Below, piece by piece: positions 35,090 to 49,178 of a stretch of DNA of 64,000 nt. The notes under the pieces were generated by a model. The model did no database searches. It was not told where the DNA came from and saw only the letters and a program-made list of their open reading frames with translations. Position numbers and translations under genes: made by a program. How positions within the stretch are numbered: position 1 is the first letter of the stretch; each line of letters starts with the position of its first letter. This DNA comes from Octopus sinensis (taxonomy: Eukaryota), in assembly GCF_006345805.1 (NCBI RefSeq), contig NC_043005.1, positions 5,518,001-5,582,000 on the forward strand. The letters are read 5' to 3'.

Positions 35090-37270
35090 CTTGCTATTTT
35101 TGTACATATACCTTATGACCGATTGTAAGGAATTTTGGCATGTCTTTACTAGCAAGTTTATCGAATACTGACTTCACCTTTCTGGCAAGCATTAATTCTG
35201 CTGGTGAACTTCTTTCAGGTGCATTTGGGTTGGATCATGACCTCGTCTGTGGCTTCCTTATTAGAATTCTTTAAAGTTCTCTTAAAAGTGTCCACAAACT
35301 GTTCAGCCCTTCCATTCGATCTAGGGTGATATGGTGCTATAGTTTTATGTTCTAATATGAACATCTTGCAGAATCTTTTAAACTCACAGGATACAAACTG
35401 TGTTCTGTTATCAGAGATAATTATATCTAGTATACCAAATCTTGTGAACAGCTCGTGTAAGAAGTTTATTAATGTATACGAGGTTGGTTGTTTACACCTT
35501 GTGACCTCAGGCCATTTTGTGTAGCTGTCTACTACTGTTAAGTAATAATATCCCTTTACAGGACTTCAAAATTGATATGCAATTGGGACCATGGTATTTT
35601 CACTTCTGGTCAAGGTTCACATTTTGTAGTAGGTAGCACTCATCTTCTGCAGCCTTTTACCAGGTTTTCATGCTTGGCCAGTATATGAAACTTCACATCA
35701 GTGCTTTCATTCTAGAGATGTCTGAGTGTCCCACATGGAACTCTTTTAGCATTTTCTTCTGTAATGTCTGTGGTAGGACCACCGTCTGAGCATACATTAG
35801 TACACCATCACATATAGAGTACACACTCACATCTTGGTGGTTCTTTGCATCAGACCTTTCTTTATTTCCTTTTGTTGACCACAGTTTTCTTTTTGTCTCA
35901 TTAATAAATTTGCCATTTCTCGTATTTTTTATTTCTTCCCAAGCTACTGGTTGTTCATGCACGATGTTTCGCATCACTTTTTTTGTTTCCACTTCTGCTC
36001 TTAATGCTGCTATTACAGTGTTCTCTAGCGGTTCTAATAAAGTCACAATTAATTTATGGGATCTGGACAAAACACGCCTCTGACTTTATTACTGACTTTA
36101 TTACTCTGACTTTTTTCTTGTGACATTTTTTTTGCATTTTTTCATTTATGTGTAAAAAAAAGAAAATGGAGAAATTGACATACAGACATTGATTTATTAT
36201 TTCTTGGAACTAACCTAGACAGACAATTGGTGTGCCCCAACTTTTTTGAAGGCAGATATTCCATTCTATAATTGTAGTTTAATAGAATGGTACCCACCAC
36301 TGCAGTCTGTTTGCTGTATGTGTCAGGATTCATTTTTTGGATCTGTATATCATTATTAAAAGTCTATGGTCCATTTGCAACCAAAAAACGTTGGCTGTGA
36401 ATGAACCTGTGGATCTTTTTCATGTCGAATATGACAGCCACTGCCTCTTTTTCAATATGGCTTTGGCTCTTTTCTACCAGTAGTAGTGTCCTTGATGTGT
36501 GAGCTATGGCCTTTCTCCTGCCATCATTATCCTTGTGTGGGAGCACGGTTCCTATCCCATACTCACTAGCATCTGTAGCTAGTACTATCTCTGATTTGGG
36601 GTCAAAATGCATAAGATACAACTCTGAAATTAACACATCTTTTAACTCGTTAAATGCTTTCTGGCATTTCTCTGTCCAAACCCATTTGGCATTTTTATTT
36701 TTAATTCAGTAATTCATTAAGTGGTGCTTGTACTTTATGTATATTTGGGATATACACTTGGTAAAAATTTACCAAGCCTAGGAATGCTTGTAGAATTGTT
36801 ACATTCATTGGGGGTGTGGCATATTTCATTGTTGTTATTGTCCTTGATGCGTCCAACCTGTGTCCACTTTTGTCGATTACTTGACCTAGGTATTTTATTT
36901 TTTCCATAGCAAATTTGCATTTTTCTTCTGTCAGTTTTAGCTCATATTTACTTATTCTCTCGAATACTTACTTTATGTGTTTGACGTGTTGCACCCAAGA
37001 CTCTTTATCAAAATGTTATTGAGGTATGTGATGGTGAAATTGCAATCACTTAACATTGCACCCATTTGGAATATGGCAGGTGCCACTTTTACACCAAATG
37101 GCAGTTGTTTGAACTCGTACAATCCACAGTGCATGTTCATTGTTGGTAGATGTGTGCCATCTTCCTCTAATTGAATTTGAAGGTATGCCTCTAAGAGGTC
37201 TAACTTGGAGAAAATTTTCCCTCCATTTAGGTAGGGGTTCTCAGGGAGTAGTGTCTCTGCCTTCCTGAAC
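35090..37270 (-). mobile_element. Ty3/gypsy pol relic (RT, RNase H, integrase); no LTRs seen
   Basis: NGGKIFSKLDL, LQAFLGLVNFY, IVLATDASEYGIG, IEKEAVAV, FHVGH…ISRMKAL, RFGILDIIISDNRTQF, PYHPRSNG. Confidence 0.9.
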
Positions 37271-37659
37271 TAGTTTTCCTCCACATTTCTTAAAAACTGT
37301 GGTAGAGGTTTTGGTTTCAGGACCACTTGTGTCTAGAAACTGAAGTTGGGGCTAAGCAAGGGCATGCTCCCCATAGAAAATCTAGCTCCAAAAACGCCTC
37401 ATGATAGCAAAGGAGAACGGGCACCAGCTAGCCCAAAGGTTGGGGGTGGATTGCACCTGCTTACTTCAGTTGCTATTGGCATTGAGGTAGATCTGGCCAC
37501 CCCTGTTAACAGGGACAAAACCTAGACAAAACACTGGATGATGATGATGATGATGGTTAGTTTACCAAATATTTCTTCTGGGCTTGGTAGTGGGTAATTG
37601 TGTGTAAGTAAGCAGTTGTTTAATCCAGTTGAGAAGTCTGCACAAACTCTTAGTTTATT

Positions 37660-38740
37660 TATTTTTTTTTTTACATAGTCGCAGGGTGGCTCTCTTGGCT
37701 CTCAGAATATCCTTGTCTATAGAGAATAGTGCTCAGTTGTAGCACTGGATGGGATGGTGGTGTTATACTTGGGGAACAGGTTGGTCAAGACCTGTTCACC
37801 CAAAAATGTGACTTCAGTCAGGACCTTCTTCAAGATGGCCTCCAGCCAAGTCTTCACCAAGTTCTGTGCCTTGAACTTCAGTGACCTGTGGCTCCTGCCC
37901 TCCTGGAACTGAGTGATGCTGCTGAAGAAATCATCTTCCTCATCCTCCTTGCTGGTGGTGCTGCTATCCTCCTCATTAGGGCTGTCTCTACAACAGTCTC
38001 CATGGCATTTGCTACTCTGCTAAGCTGACTGTTATTATACTGCTCCAGCCAGAACAGGTGAAACTTGGGGTGGAAGGCAGCAACCAGCTGGCACTCCAGG
38101 TCTTCTAGGAAGAACCCCAACCTTTTTGTGATGCCTGCCAGTATTGCGTCTACCAGAGGATTGCAATACAGGAGATGTTTGAACTTGGCGTCTTTCAGCT
38201 TCATGATGGTAGCTGCTACAGTTGGCAGAAGGCTCCCAAGATAGGCCTGGTCCTCCCCTGGATTTTATCCAAGGCCTCAACAACATTAGACATCACCTGG
38301 GTGTACTGTATTCTAAAGGGTTGGCTGTGGGTGAGGCAGAGGTCGCTGAGGTTGAGAGCCAAGTGTTTCAGAACATGTGACCCTCACCTGGAGGGCTATT
38401 TTGTCCTCACATCAAGGGATAAGAGAAATACTAAAATCCAGTTCTTCCAGTGCGTCATGTGTCAGCCCAAGGAGACCACCATCAAGGGACAGACAGTGAG
38501 CCTGTCCAACTTGAAGTCGCATGTCAAGAGGCAACACCCAGTGCATGCCATCCAGTTTGAGGAGAGGATCAAGGCCAGCTCTTCCCTTAGGAAACACAGG
38601 CAATCTTCTAGTAGCAGTGCTTGTAGCCAGTCATCACAGCCATGTGCAAAGAAAACACCCCACCCAGCATTGGTGAGGCACTTGGCCAAACTGTTGGCAC
38701 TGGTGTCTGTCAGACAGAAGGATTGTAGTCCTGTTTAGGA
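37660..38740. mobile_element. Tol2-like hAT relic: C-terminus on the minus strand, BED zinc finger on the plus strand
   Basis: Minus: LVDAILAGITKRLG…VAAFHPKF and LFPKYNTTIPSSA (dimerisation domain). Plus: PHLEGYFVL…QCVMCQP…SNLKSHVKRQHP. Visibly GC-richer than the flanks. Confidence 0.82.
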
Positions 38741-41506
38741 AGAGGATGAAGAATTTTTTGCTTAGGCATAAATTGCACCTCATTGAACCTCTGTGTGTTC
38801 CATGTCTGTATGGTGCTGCTCTTTCTAAGACTGGCTGGTAGATTTTGAAAGGAGAGGGTTCTATTTTCTTTAACTGCCATATATATTTAGCCAGACTGGT
38901 TACATTGTACTGTATTCTTAAGGATTACAGGTGGGTGATTGGACCCTTTGTTGATATAATGTAGCTTTTCATTAGGCTTACGATATGCTTTAAATTTATG
39001 TACTTGTAAATCTAGGTTGATATCTAAAAAGTCTACACTATTTAGGTTTGTTTCTATGGTTATTCATTAGCCCATTCTTTGGAAGAAAGTGATGAGATTC
39101 TTCCTAAGCCTGTCTAGTTCATGCTTGTTCATATTATGGGTAACTATAGAGTTGTCATCCCTATATAATCCTGCATCTATACAAGGGAATTCTAGATGCA
39201 AGTTGTGTAAAATATATGTAACTATAAGCATGCATAGTCCTGCCATTATGAATTTCTTAAAATCTAGGAACTTACTTAATCCATGGATTCAAAATTTATG
39301 AAACAAACTTATTCTCTATTAATCATTTATTTGTAGCATAGAAGATGTTTGTAAGCCATTGAAGAACACACAAAATCTGTTAGTCTCACTTCAACATTTA
39401 AGTTTAATTTGTGTCAAAATATTTTTGACACAATTGTTTTTGTTTCAGCACAGTGTCTCAGATCAAGTCACTTGCTATGCAAGTACATTTCTGTAATTTA
39501 TTTATTTACTATTAATTAATCTATTCTGGGCATGCATGATTTCTTTTTGACTCGAGTATTTTTTAATTCAAGATTTTCTCCGATATTATACTGCATGATA
39601 TATATATGTATATTTATATTTACTGTTTCAGTTTACACACTCCCCCCCACAAAAAAACATTAGCTTATGAGTAAATGAATGCTCTAGTATGCTTAATGAA
39701 TTAGTTGCTGAGTATCCCACATACACTTTTACTCTTAACATAATTAGGTGCATGACAAAGCTTGTCCCACCAATTTTTTACTGTCACACCCGTTTCTCTT
39801 TGAAGGTGAAATGTACGTTTTTTGTTTTTTGTCTTCTGTAGTTTTTGATGTGTTTCAAATGAACATGATCATCAGATACCACATGTTCTTTAATCTTAGT
39901 GAAATGCAGGGATAAACTGAAGCACTTCTTCCTCGTCTTTTGACTCGGAATCTATATCCTGATGGGTAATTGGTCAGTAGTGGTCTAAGATACATGGGTA
40001 TAACTTGACCTCCTAAATGAAGAAATGGTGAAGTATATTTTTCTTGTCTGTAATGGAAGAAATGAACAAATACCTTGCCAAATATTGCTATACATATTTT
40101 TATCAAACCATTGTTTTGCAATAGGAACTGCTTTTGGTAGAACACCATGAGCTCACAGAAAGTCAAAGCTTTTGCCATTATTCTCATAATCACCAATGTA
40201 GAACTAATAATTGAAAGTGCAGGTCTGATACGAAGCCAGGGTAGTACACAAGCTTATTCAAATTATTGAGTTTGCACACGAACATTAGATTTCTTGTAGG
40301 AGACTGTTTATCTGCCGTTTCTGACAGACCAAAGTACTGTATTTGCCCAAACCAAGCTTGGGCAACCTTTTTCAAGAAGTATGAGACATGGGTCATCACC
40401 AGGTGGGCCACATTACTAAAAAAGTTAATGGTGTTAGGTACACCATTTACAATGTCCCAGTGGCAAGTTGTCCATGACTGATATAAACATTCCACTCTAG
40501 ACTGTCAGTGGCAGGGAAGGGGGTTAGTGGAAGAACGAGAGATTTCTGACAGTTGTCATGGTTAGTCATTGAAAACAAAACAAAAATTACTTCATCTTCA
40601 AAGTGAATTGAGTATGATGGTAAAAGTTTACTCACAGTCCCTTTTAATTCAATTACAATTACAGTCAATCTAACGGGTTTCTACACAAGGCATGGGTTGA
40701 CCCATGGTTTGCTATGTACCACACAGTGGGATTGAACTAGAACCAAATGATTTCTTAACCATTTCTGCCATGCTTGCACCCTTGTTGTTGGTAATGCTTT
40801 GAAGTCTTACATTCATAGATGAACTTTCACTAATTCAGTCCCATTTGGGAATTTTAAATTCCATGAGCAACTAACTTCTGCAGGGAAAAGCCCCTAACAC
40901 ACTTGTTCAATGTGCTAGAAATAGGAACCAGATCTCCCTCAAATCTCACAAAATAAAAGTTGTATTTCACTATACATACATACATACATACATATTTCAT
41001 ATACTCTCTACAATAATTAATACTCAAAGATTTTCTCAGACCGTCTCTGGAAACAGCTGTAAGACCTTTTCTTGATAAATATTATGAAATCTATTTACTG
41101 CCTTGTTTTTTTTTTATCACATTCTGTCAATTTATATATATTTTTATTTTCAACAGATTCAAATAACAGGAATACTAAAATAGGAAGGGAAAAAGACTAC
41201 CCAATTCCATTCCCTTTTCCTTTCCTATGAAATAATAGCCAGGGACATAAGTGGGACTGATCAACTTTCAAAAGACTACCAATCCTACTTTACGCTAGCT
41301 GATTATCTCTATCTGCCAAGCTACATTCTCTGCTAGCTTCATCATCTGCCATTGCAAGCTATATTGACATTTTATAGTCAGCACTTTGTTACAATACTTG
41401 CTTATTGATGTACAAAAAGGTAGCCATATCTCTTATATGACTAAAGGGACTTTTCTCGTTGCCCTGGAAGCAATGTACAAAAAATAAATGAGCTGCTGTC
41501 ATCCTC

Positions 41507-41577
<71 letters not shown>

Positions 41578-41585
41578 ATATAGTA

Positions 41586-42358
41586 TTAGGGTGTTCAGCA
41601 AGTAATTGCATTTTATCAGAAAGGATAAAAACGAATGTAAACTACTTTTATCTGAATAATAGTTTTAATCAAGAATGTAATTACTGTCATTTTCAATGAC
41701 TGCAGCCAAATGGGGAAGTATGGTAACCATTGTCTTTTTCATTTTCTGATGTGATGCAAAACCCATTTTTCATCACCAGAAAAAAACTGGTTAGAAGACT
41801 GCTGCAGATTGTGAAACATTGTGTTTGGTTCTCAAGTGTAAGCTCATGTGGGACCCACATTCCCTCTTTGCATATTTTCCCAATTTGCTTGAGATGTTCA
41901 TGGATAGTTGAACATGACACATTAAATTTTAATGCAAAATCTTTGGTGCTTTGATGTAGATCTGATACAACAGTCTCATTCAAAAGGTTGTCATTCAGAG
42001 TGGGTTATCTTCCAGGGCAAGGCTTGTCAGATGTGTCACCATTGCCACCTTTAAACCTTTTAAACCCCAGCTAATGTGCACAAGCTTTCACTGCATCTGG
42101 ATACACTTTAGAAATGTTTTCATAGCAGTACTTTTCTTTCAAAACTCCTACAGTAAGCAATGGCAAATATGTTGTTTCATAAAGTTCTTATTCTCCAAGA
42201 GGTTAATTACCAAAATAACTGAATGACACGCTACCGGATAGAAGAGACGATATACTATTTCTAGACAGTTCCCATCCATTTGACCTTGGCTCTGATGTGA
42301 TTGGTTGATTTATATTTTATAGAGGTGAAAAAACACAATTACTTTCTGAACACCTTAA
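41586..42358 (-). mobile_element. Internally deleted mariner with both TIRs, same family as 13600-14478
   Basis: TA|TTAGGGTGTTCAGCAAGTAATTG … CAATTACTTTCTGAACACCTTAA; deletion junction at 41720/41721. Confidence 0.88.
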
Positions 42359-42379
42359 TCATCATATACATGCATACAT

Positions 42380-42934
42380 GGTGGCTGCCCCCTCGTTATC
42401 GAGTATGGCTATTGCACGAAGCGTAATCAATGTTGTTATCCTGCAATGCCTGTGCAAGAAGTTTTTCTTTTAAAGTGAGGAAAGGCTGTGCACTGAGTCA
42501 ATCCCACTCACTAAGCAACAGCAGTCATAATCCGAAAAGAAGAACAAGTCAACATCATCGGTAATCACTGAGCCGCATGTTTTATGTCGGAGTTACCCCA
42601 GTTACCTGAGTTACCTTCTCCTAGAAGGATGCCCTAACAAAGGCTAGGAGTCCTTCACTCCCAATGGTTTAACCGCGCAATTGGGTATTCAGTCCGATTA
42701 TTTCTATGTCTCCGCGCATGATACAGCCTTAAGACATTTATTGGATGGCCGTTCACTCTCAAGAGTTCCTCCGCCCTTTGACGGGTTTTGTTTTTCATCC
42801 AGCAGGGTGTCCAATAAACACCCTCCTCACCAAGCAAGCTTGGTGGGGGTTGCCGGTTTAGTCGCCAACAACCCGACCATGCAACAGGTTGTACTGGGTT
42901 ACATGTTACCAGTAGCACTCGAAAGTGACCTGAC
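42380..42934 (-). mobile_element. CpG-rich ~555-bp non-coding retroposon-like insert flanked by (TACA)n
   Basis: Sharp compositional boundaries, no credible ORF, microsatellite on both sides. Family assignment is inference only. Confidence 0.45.
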
Positions 42935-43048
42935 ATAAACATACATACATACATATATATATATGCACACACTCTCTGTCACACACATACACGCTCCATT
43001 TATATCCATTTATTTTTTAAGAAATAACAATACTCTGCATATTTACAG

Positions 43049-43145
43049 AAAACACCAAGCGGTAGAGTACAGTGTATTGTAAACAAATGGAAAAAGAAAA
43101 CTTTTAACGACCAACCAAAAAGTTGGAACATGTAAAGGCCTTCTG
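43049..43145 (+). other. Candidate 97-bp exon, probably non-coding or 5' UTR
   Basis: ctctgcatatttacag| acceptor and CTTCTG|gtaagt donor; all three frames contain a stop. Confidence 0.45.
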
Positions 43146-43909
43146 GTAAGTTTTGGGATTGTTTTGTATTTCTTGTTGCTGTCATACATGTATAATGTGT
43201 GTATGTTATGTTAATGCTTGATTTTATTAGAAGATTGAAGTTTTTGTGGTGAAGATGGGGCTAGTAAGAAGAGAGCTTGGTGTTTGATGACATGAAGCAT
43301 CTATTTAGCTAATGATGCAGTGTGATATCTGTGATGTCATTTGTATATAAGGCTGTGTGTTTGTTTTGTGGTGAGGAGGTGAGGTCTTGAAGGTTAAATT
43401 GAAAAGAACAAACAAAAGGACGGTGCCTTTCCATACACATCATCATTGTCATCCTTATTGTTGCTTTAACATCTAGTTTTTCATGCTTGTATGGGTTTGA
43501 TAGAATTCCTCAAGGCAGATTTGATTTTTTTATGACTAGCTACCCTTCATCCTGTTGCCAATCCCCACTTGTTTCCAAGCAAGATAATATTTCCCTGTGA
43601 TGGAATGTTGTCATTTGCAACTGTCACATTATGTCAGAGGAGGCACAAATGCATGCATGCATACATACACAAGCAAAACAATGGGTAAACAATAACAGGT
43701 GTTAGGAATGTAGCTATGCGAAAAATTGTAGATTATTTGTGAAATGTTTCATGTGAATGCATTCTTTATACTTGTTATTCAGGCAACGTTGAATTGATGG
43801 AGGGAGTGAGCTAATGTACGGCACATTCATTTGATCACTGTAAACAAATCATTTGTGAAGGTCATTCAGCAGAAGCTGAACACTTATACGTTGCCTTTGA
43901 CAGGAGAGT

Positions 43910-43948
<39 letters not shown>

Positions 43949-46559
43949 CAACCCATGCTAGCATGGAAAACGGATGCTAAACGATGATGATGATGATGAT
44001 ATATATATATATATATATATAATGGGTGAGAATATCAAAAAAATTTTTAAGAAAACAGCATATAATAGATACAGACAATTAGTGCCCAGACCAGACCAGA
44101 CCAGATACCTAAAACCCAATGACAGATGAAGGGAGATGGAATCCAGGCAAACAAGAGTTGGTGATAGGCAAATTACCAATTGAGTTAATGAAAATCCAAT
44201 AAAATAAGATATAAGATGGACAAGCAGTTGTCAAATGCATCAAAGCTGTTATAAAATACTTATACAAAAGTGAGTTTAAATTGTATGAACACTCACCCTA
44301 TTTTCAGAAGATGAGATGAATATGAACTTGTTATTTCATGTATATTTGCTAATGCCAATCTACTTCATATATATGTTTTTACAAAGCACAATACTGCACT
44401 TACTGAGCACCAAACCACAGAAACAGCTGTAAAGGTTTACTTGTATTCTCCGCCCTCTTACTTGTGAGGTTCAAGTATGAACTCTCTTGATATTTACCTG
44501 CCTATTCATGAAGAACCACTACAAAGGACTACATGAATCATCCTCTCTTTTAGCTGTGTCATTAGATTATGAACTCTCCTGATGTATACTTATCTATAAA
44601 GAATTATTAGGAACTCTCACTTTCTTGATTTTCTTGTTTTTCTGCTTAAAGATATATTTATACTTCTATATAAGTATTTTATAAATGTTTTGTTGCCATT
44701 AACAGCCATGTGTCCATCTTTTATTGTTTCATGTTACACACACATACCACCATCATTGTCATTTAACATCCATATTCCATCTGGTATGGGTTAGATGGTT
44801 TGACAGAAACTTACAGGTCCAAGGTCTGCTTCATGCTCCCTTTTCTACTTTGGTTTGGTTTCTATCCCTAACACCAAATACTCTCTCTCTCCCTCCCCAC
44901 ACACACATCTATATATGTATATATACACATGCACACCATTTTGGAAATAGTAATTCTAGATGTATTGCTACTCTTTTCTACCCAGGATTGTTGAGCTAAT
45001 TGATAGTAAGGACCATTTTGTGATGATGTTTGTGTTTAATATTTTATTAACTTGAAGGTAGCTGGAAACGTCATCAATAGCTTTGCAGATGGTAGTTGAA
45101 ATTATGTAAATTTTAAGGAATTCTTTGGTTACAGAAGATATCATATATATCCATTGCGTAAGTTTCTGTCCCCACCATAGTGCTGTTCACCTCACACCTT
45201 GAAAGTCCACACAGATACCCCATCACCTCTTTTTATCTCTTCCTCGCTCAATCCTGAACACTCCCTGCCTCCCATCTGAAATGTGAGTAGCTACGTGGCC
45301 CCCAACTCTATTGCAAAAAACCTGTTCTGCTCTGGCCCTTCTCTCATACCTTAACGCCTCATCTCCAAGCAATAAAGCCACCTCTCCAGGGGTTTGTAAT
45401 CTTGCAAGATGCACAGTAACCTCACTTGTGCTGGTGGCATGAAAAATACACCCAGTATACTCTGTATAGTGGTTGGTGTAAGGAAAAGCATTAAGTGTAG
45501 AAACCATGCCAAAGTAAGACATTGGAACATGATGCCGTCCTTGGACCAATCCAACGACCCATGCCAGCATGGAGGAAATGATGATGATAACGATGATGAC
45601 TAGTGTATTTGTTTGAAGCTAGGTATGTTGTTTTTTTTTTATGTAAAAGTTGGGGCCATGAAGCCTTACCTAAGGTGGGTAGGATGAGATATAAATGTAG
45701 GCTCATTGTGTACATTTTGTGAGGGATACAGTGATGTTGTTGAACCAATCCATGACAGCATGTAAAATGATGATGACGTATTGCAGTATCTACATTTGTA
45801 TTTTCCTCATGTTGCCAAATGCATTCATCAGAACCTTCATAACCTCTGGTACAAAACAAAGGTGACTTAACACCTGTTTTCATTCAGTTTCCTGTTTATT
45901 TCTGTTACACTCATATCATGTGTGGCTAAACATAACGATGGTTGCAATGGCTGTAGAGGTGATAATGGTGATGTCTGTTATTCAAGTCTTCAAATATTTA
46001 TAGAAAACCTTGTTTAATACTTACTTCACTGCTACTTTGCTTAACTAATTCTTTATTGCTTTTATAAAAGCAAAGTTTGGATTTGTTGGTTCTTGCAGAA
46101 AAACTTCTAAATGGACTCCTTAGACACCTTCGCTCTACTCTCTCAAACACTAAACTTTCTGAATATTCCTGCAAATAAATGTAAATCAGAAATGTAACAT
46201 TACTACTTAGTGTTTGCCAGCATGAGATGCCTATAGCAGTAGTAAACTAAGGAAGATGAGCCAGTGAGAAAGTCTTTACATGACCCATAGACTTGCTAGA
46301 AAAAGCTGCTGAATCTCTCACAAAGTCCTACTGTTAAAATAACATGTTGGATTATGCAGTTTGGAATACACTCATCCTCATCATTTTATGTTCACTTATC
46401 CAGGCTTGCATAGGTCAGACAGTTTGTTGAGGCAGATATTCTACATCCGAGTGTGCTTCCTGTTGCCAACCTTCACCTGTTTCCAAGCCAGCTAATATTT
46501 CCCCATAGCCAGACATGTGTTTCACATAAAACTGGTTGACAACCATCACACAATGTCAA

Positions 46560-47040
46560 GACATGACAGTGCACACGCATGCGCACACACACATGCACGC
46601 ACACACACAACATAATGCCACGGTCATTCGTCATTGCCTCCGTGAAGCCCAGCACTTAAAAGGAGCTTTTCATGTGCTACTGGCTTCAGCCACGTTGCCT
46701 CCGTAAAGCCCAATGCTCGAAAAGTGCTTTTTATGTGCCAGTTATGTGACACCAGCATCGGCCACAACTATGTTTTCCTTGGCTTGATGGGTCTTCTCAA
46801 GCACAGCATACAGCCAAAGGTCTCGGTCATTTGTCATTGCCTCCCTGAGGCCCAAAATTTGAAGATCATGCTTCACCACCTCATCCCATGTCTTCCTGGG
46901 TATACCTCTATCACAACTTCCCTCCACAGTTAGAGATTAGCACTTCTTTACACAGCTGTCCTTTTCCATGCACATCACATGACCATACCAGTGCAGTCAT
47001 CGCTCTTGCACACCACAGTCAATGCCTCTTATGCTCAACT
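46560..47040 (-). mobile_element. RTE-clade LINE 3' end
   Basis: LHWYGHVM…VEGSCDRGIPRKTWDEVVKHDL…DRDLW; related plus-strand copy with a duplicated unit at 58490-58955. Confidence 0.85.
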
Positions 47041-47062
47041 TTTCTCTCAAGATGCTTAAATA

Positions 47063-47107
<45 letters not shown>

Positions 47108-48689
47108 GTGTGTATATATATATATGTGTATGTGTGTGTGTGTATACATATCTACATCAGTTTCCATCTGCTAAATCCACTCACAAGTCTTTGGTTGGCT
47201 GGGGCTATAAGCTGAAGACACTTGCCCAAAGCACCGTGCAGTGAGACTGAACCCAAGACCATGTAGTTGAGAAATAAGCTACTTAATCTCACTGCTACGT
47301 TTGTGTACAGACTTAGAAAAGAACTCCAAAAAGACTGGAAGTTTTGATTTTTTTATCTTTTCAATCAGGAGGGAAGGTAGTGCCCAGAACTTTTTACAAA
47401 GCCTTGGAAACTTTTAGGTGGGAGGGAAAGAAGACGGAAAGTCTCCTTGAACTGGAAGCCTGGCCTGAATGCTTGCAGTAGAGTGGATTCTATTAAAGGT
47501 AGCCAAGTGGTGGTGTTCAACTGGGTATTGGGTTAAGTCTGCCACCCAGATAGGCCATGATGGGACTTGAAATCAGACTACAAAGAACCAAAACAAATAT
47601 TACAAGGCATCTAATCTAATGTTCTTACAATTCTACCAATTGATTGCCCTTGGTTTTTCTGGGTTTTTTTTATCAATCCTGACAGGATGAGACTCAAAGT
47701 ACACCTTGGCTGAATTTGAACTTAGAGCACAAAGTTGAAATAAATACTGGCAGAACATTCTGTCTGACTCTGCCAGTTTACTGGTAATTGATAGATCTGC
47801 TCAGTCATGGCAGATTTAGGGACTAAACAACTAACAAAGGCTTGGGTTACACAACTGAGATAGTTCAGAACTATGAATTCTGAAGAGCTATAAACCCATC
47901 CAACCCATGTTTATCATGACACCGAGGCCTATCTATTGGAACCTGGATATAACTGGTGAAATTCTGCAAGAATTATTGATCAGACAACTCTACTAATATG
48001 GAAATGTTATTATATTTCTGGATGATAATGTTTAGAATTTGTGAAAGAGAGTGACATTGTTGTGTGAGTGAGAAGTTCACTTCCTAACCATATGGTTTCA
48101 GTTCCAATCCCACAGCATGATACATCAAGCAAGTGACTCTTACTATAACTCTGAAATGATCAAAGCCATAGAAAACAGGAACGGTTTAGTGTCAGGTCAG
48201 GTGCCCAGTTGTAAAAAAATGCTTCAGATAATAACATATTATAATAATAACATCATCGTGGAAAAACAAACATAAAACAAAAGAATGAAAAAATTGAATG
48301 AACTGGATGGTATAAGATGACAGGAGGTGACAATAGTAAAGAACAGCTAAGGAAGAGAGTGATAGCTTGAAGTAGCTTTCTGGCATGAAATACTTATAGT
48401 AATACATTGTTCTCTTAATATGTTCACATGTATGTAAATTTCAAATTAAGCTTACTACTACTACATCCTTTACACTACTAATGAATTGTTTTCATTCTAT
48501 ACCGCCTTGTACTTCTTTCTCCTTCTGTAAAGTTAGTAATAATTAACTGTGATCTTTATTAGACCCTAACTACTTTGCACTGAAGATATCCAGTAAGATA
48601 AAAACAGTTGGTGGTGTTAGTAGTGTTAACCCCCATTCAAGTAGATCTCTTGCAAGTGACTAAGCCTCTTCGTCTTGGTAGTTGCAAAG

Positions 48690-49110
48690 GGTGCCAGTGG
48701 CTGTTCTGGCCAATGGCAGTATAAAAGAGCTAGGGACATTTACCACAGGGGAGAGTTGGTATGGGGGGGGGGCAAGGAAGTGCAAGTTACTCTTTGCGTC
48801 TTCAATGTCTGATCACCGCCTCTTGATGTCTGTTATTTCCCATCAGGTCTGTCCCTTCTATGATGACATGCTGCCATTTTGGGCAGTCCTTGGTGATTGT
48901 CTCTGGTATTTTGGTCAGTGGAGCAGCAGAGTAGAGTGGCCTTGAGCTGATCTTGAAAACAAAATTTGGGGGCCCCACATGGTCTGCTGCCTGAGGCTAA
49001 CTCTGCAAAGAGGAGTTGATGGAGCAGGTGTGTTTGAGGCATACATATATATCCTGCCCAGTGAAGGAAGTGTCATGTCACAGCAGCTTCAATGCTGGGC
49101 AGTTGAGCCA
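48690..49110 (-). mobile_element. RTE/BovB-like LINE RT C-terminal fragment
   Basis: MPQTHLLHQLLFAELASGSRPCGAPKFCFQDQLK. Confidence 0.75.
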
Positions 49111-49178
49111 GGAGCAGAATCTCTTCATTGGTAGTATAGTCCTTCCATCAAATTTAGTGATACAATTTTCTTGTTTAA

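Noticed and set aside
41294-41463. Minus-strand exon candidate (MADDEASRECSL…)
   Set aside because: Good acceptor but weak donor, an upstream ATG with stop, and no homology; left uncalled.
45491-45883. 130-aa ORF
   Set aside because: Half lies in an RTE-tail repeat; no motif and no consistent splice sites.
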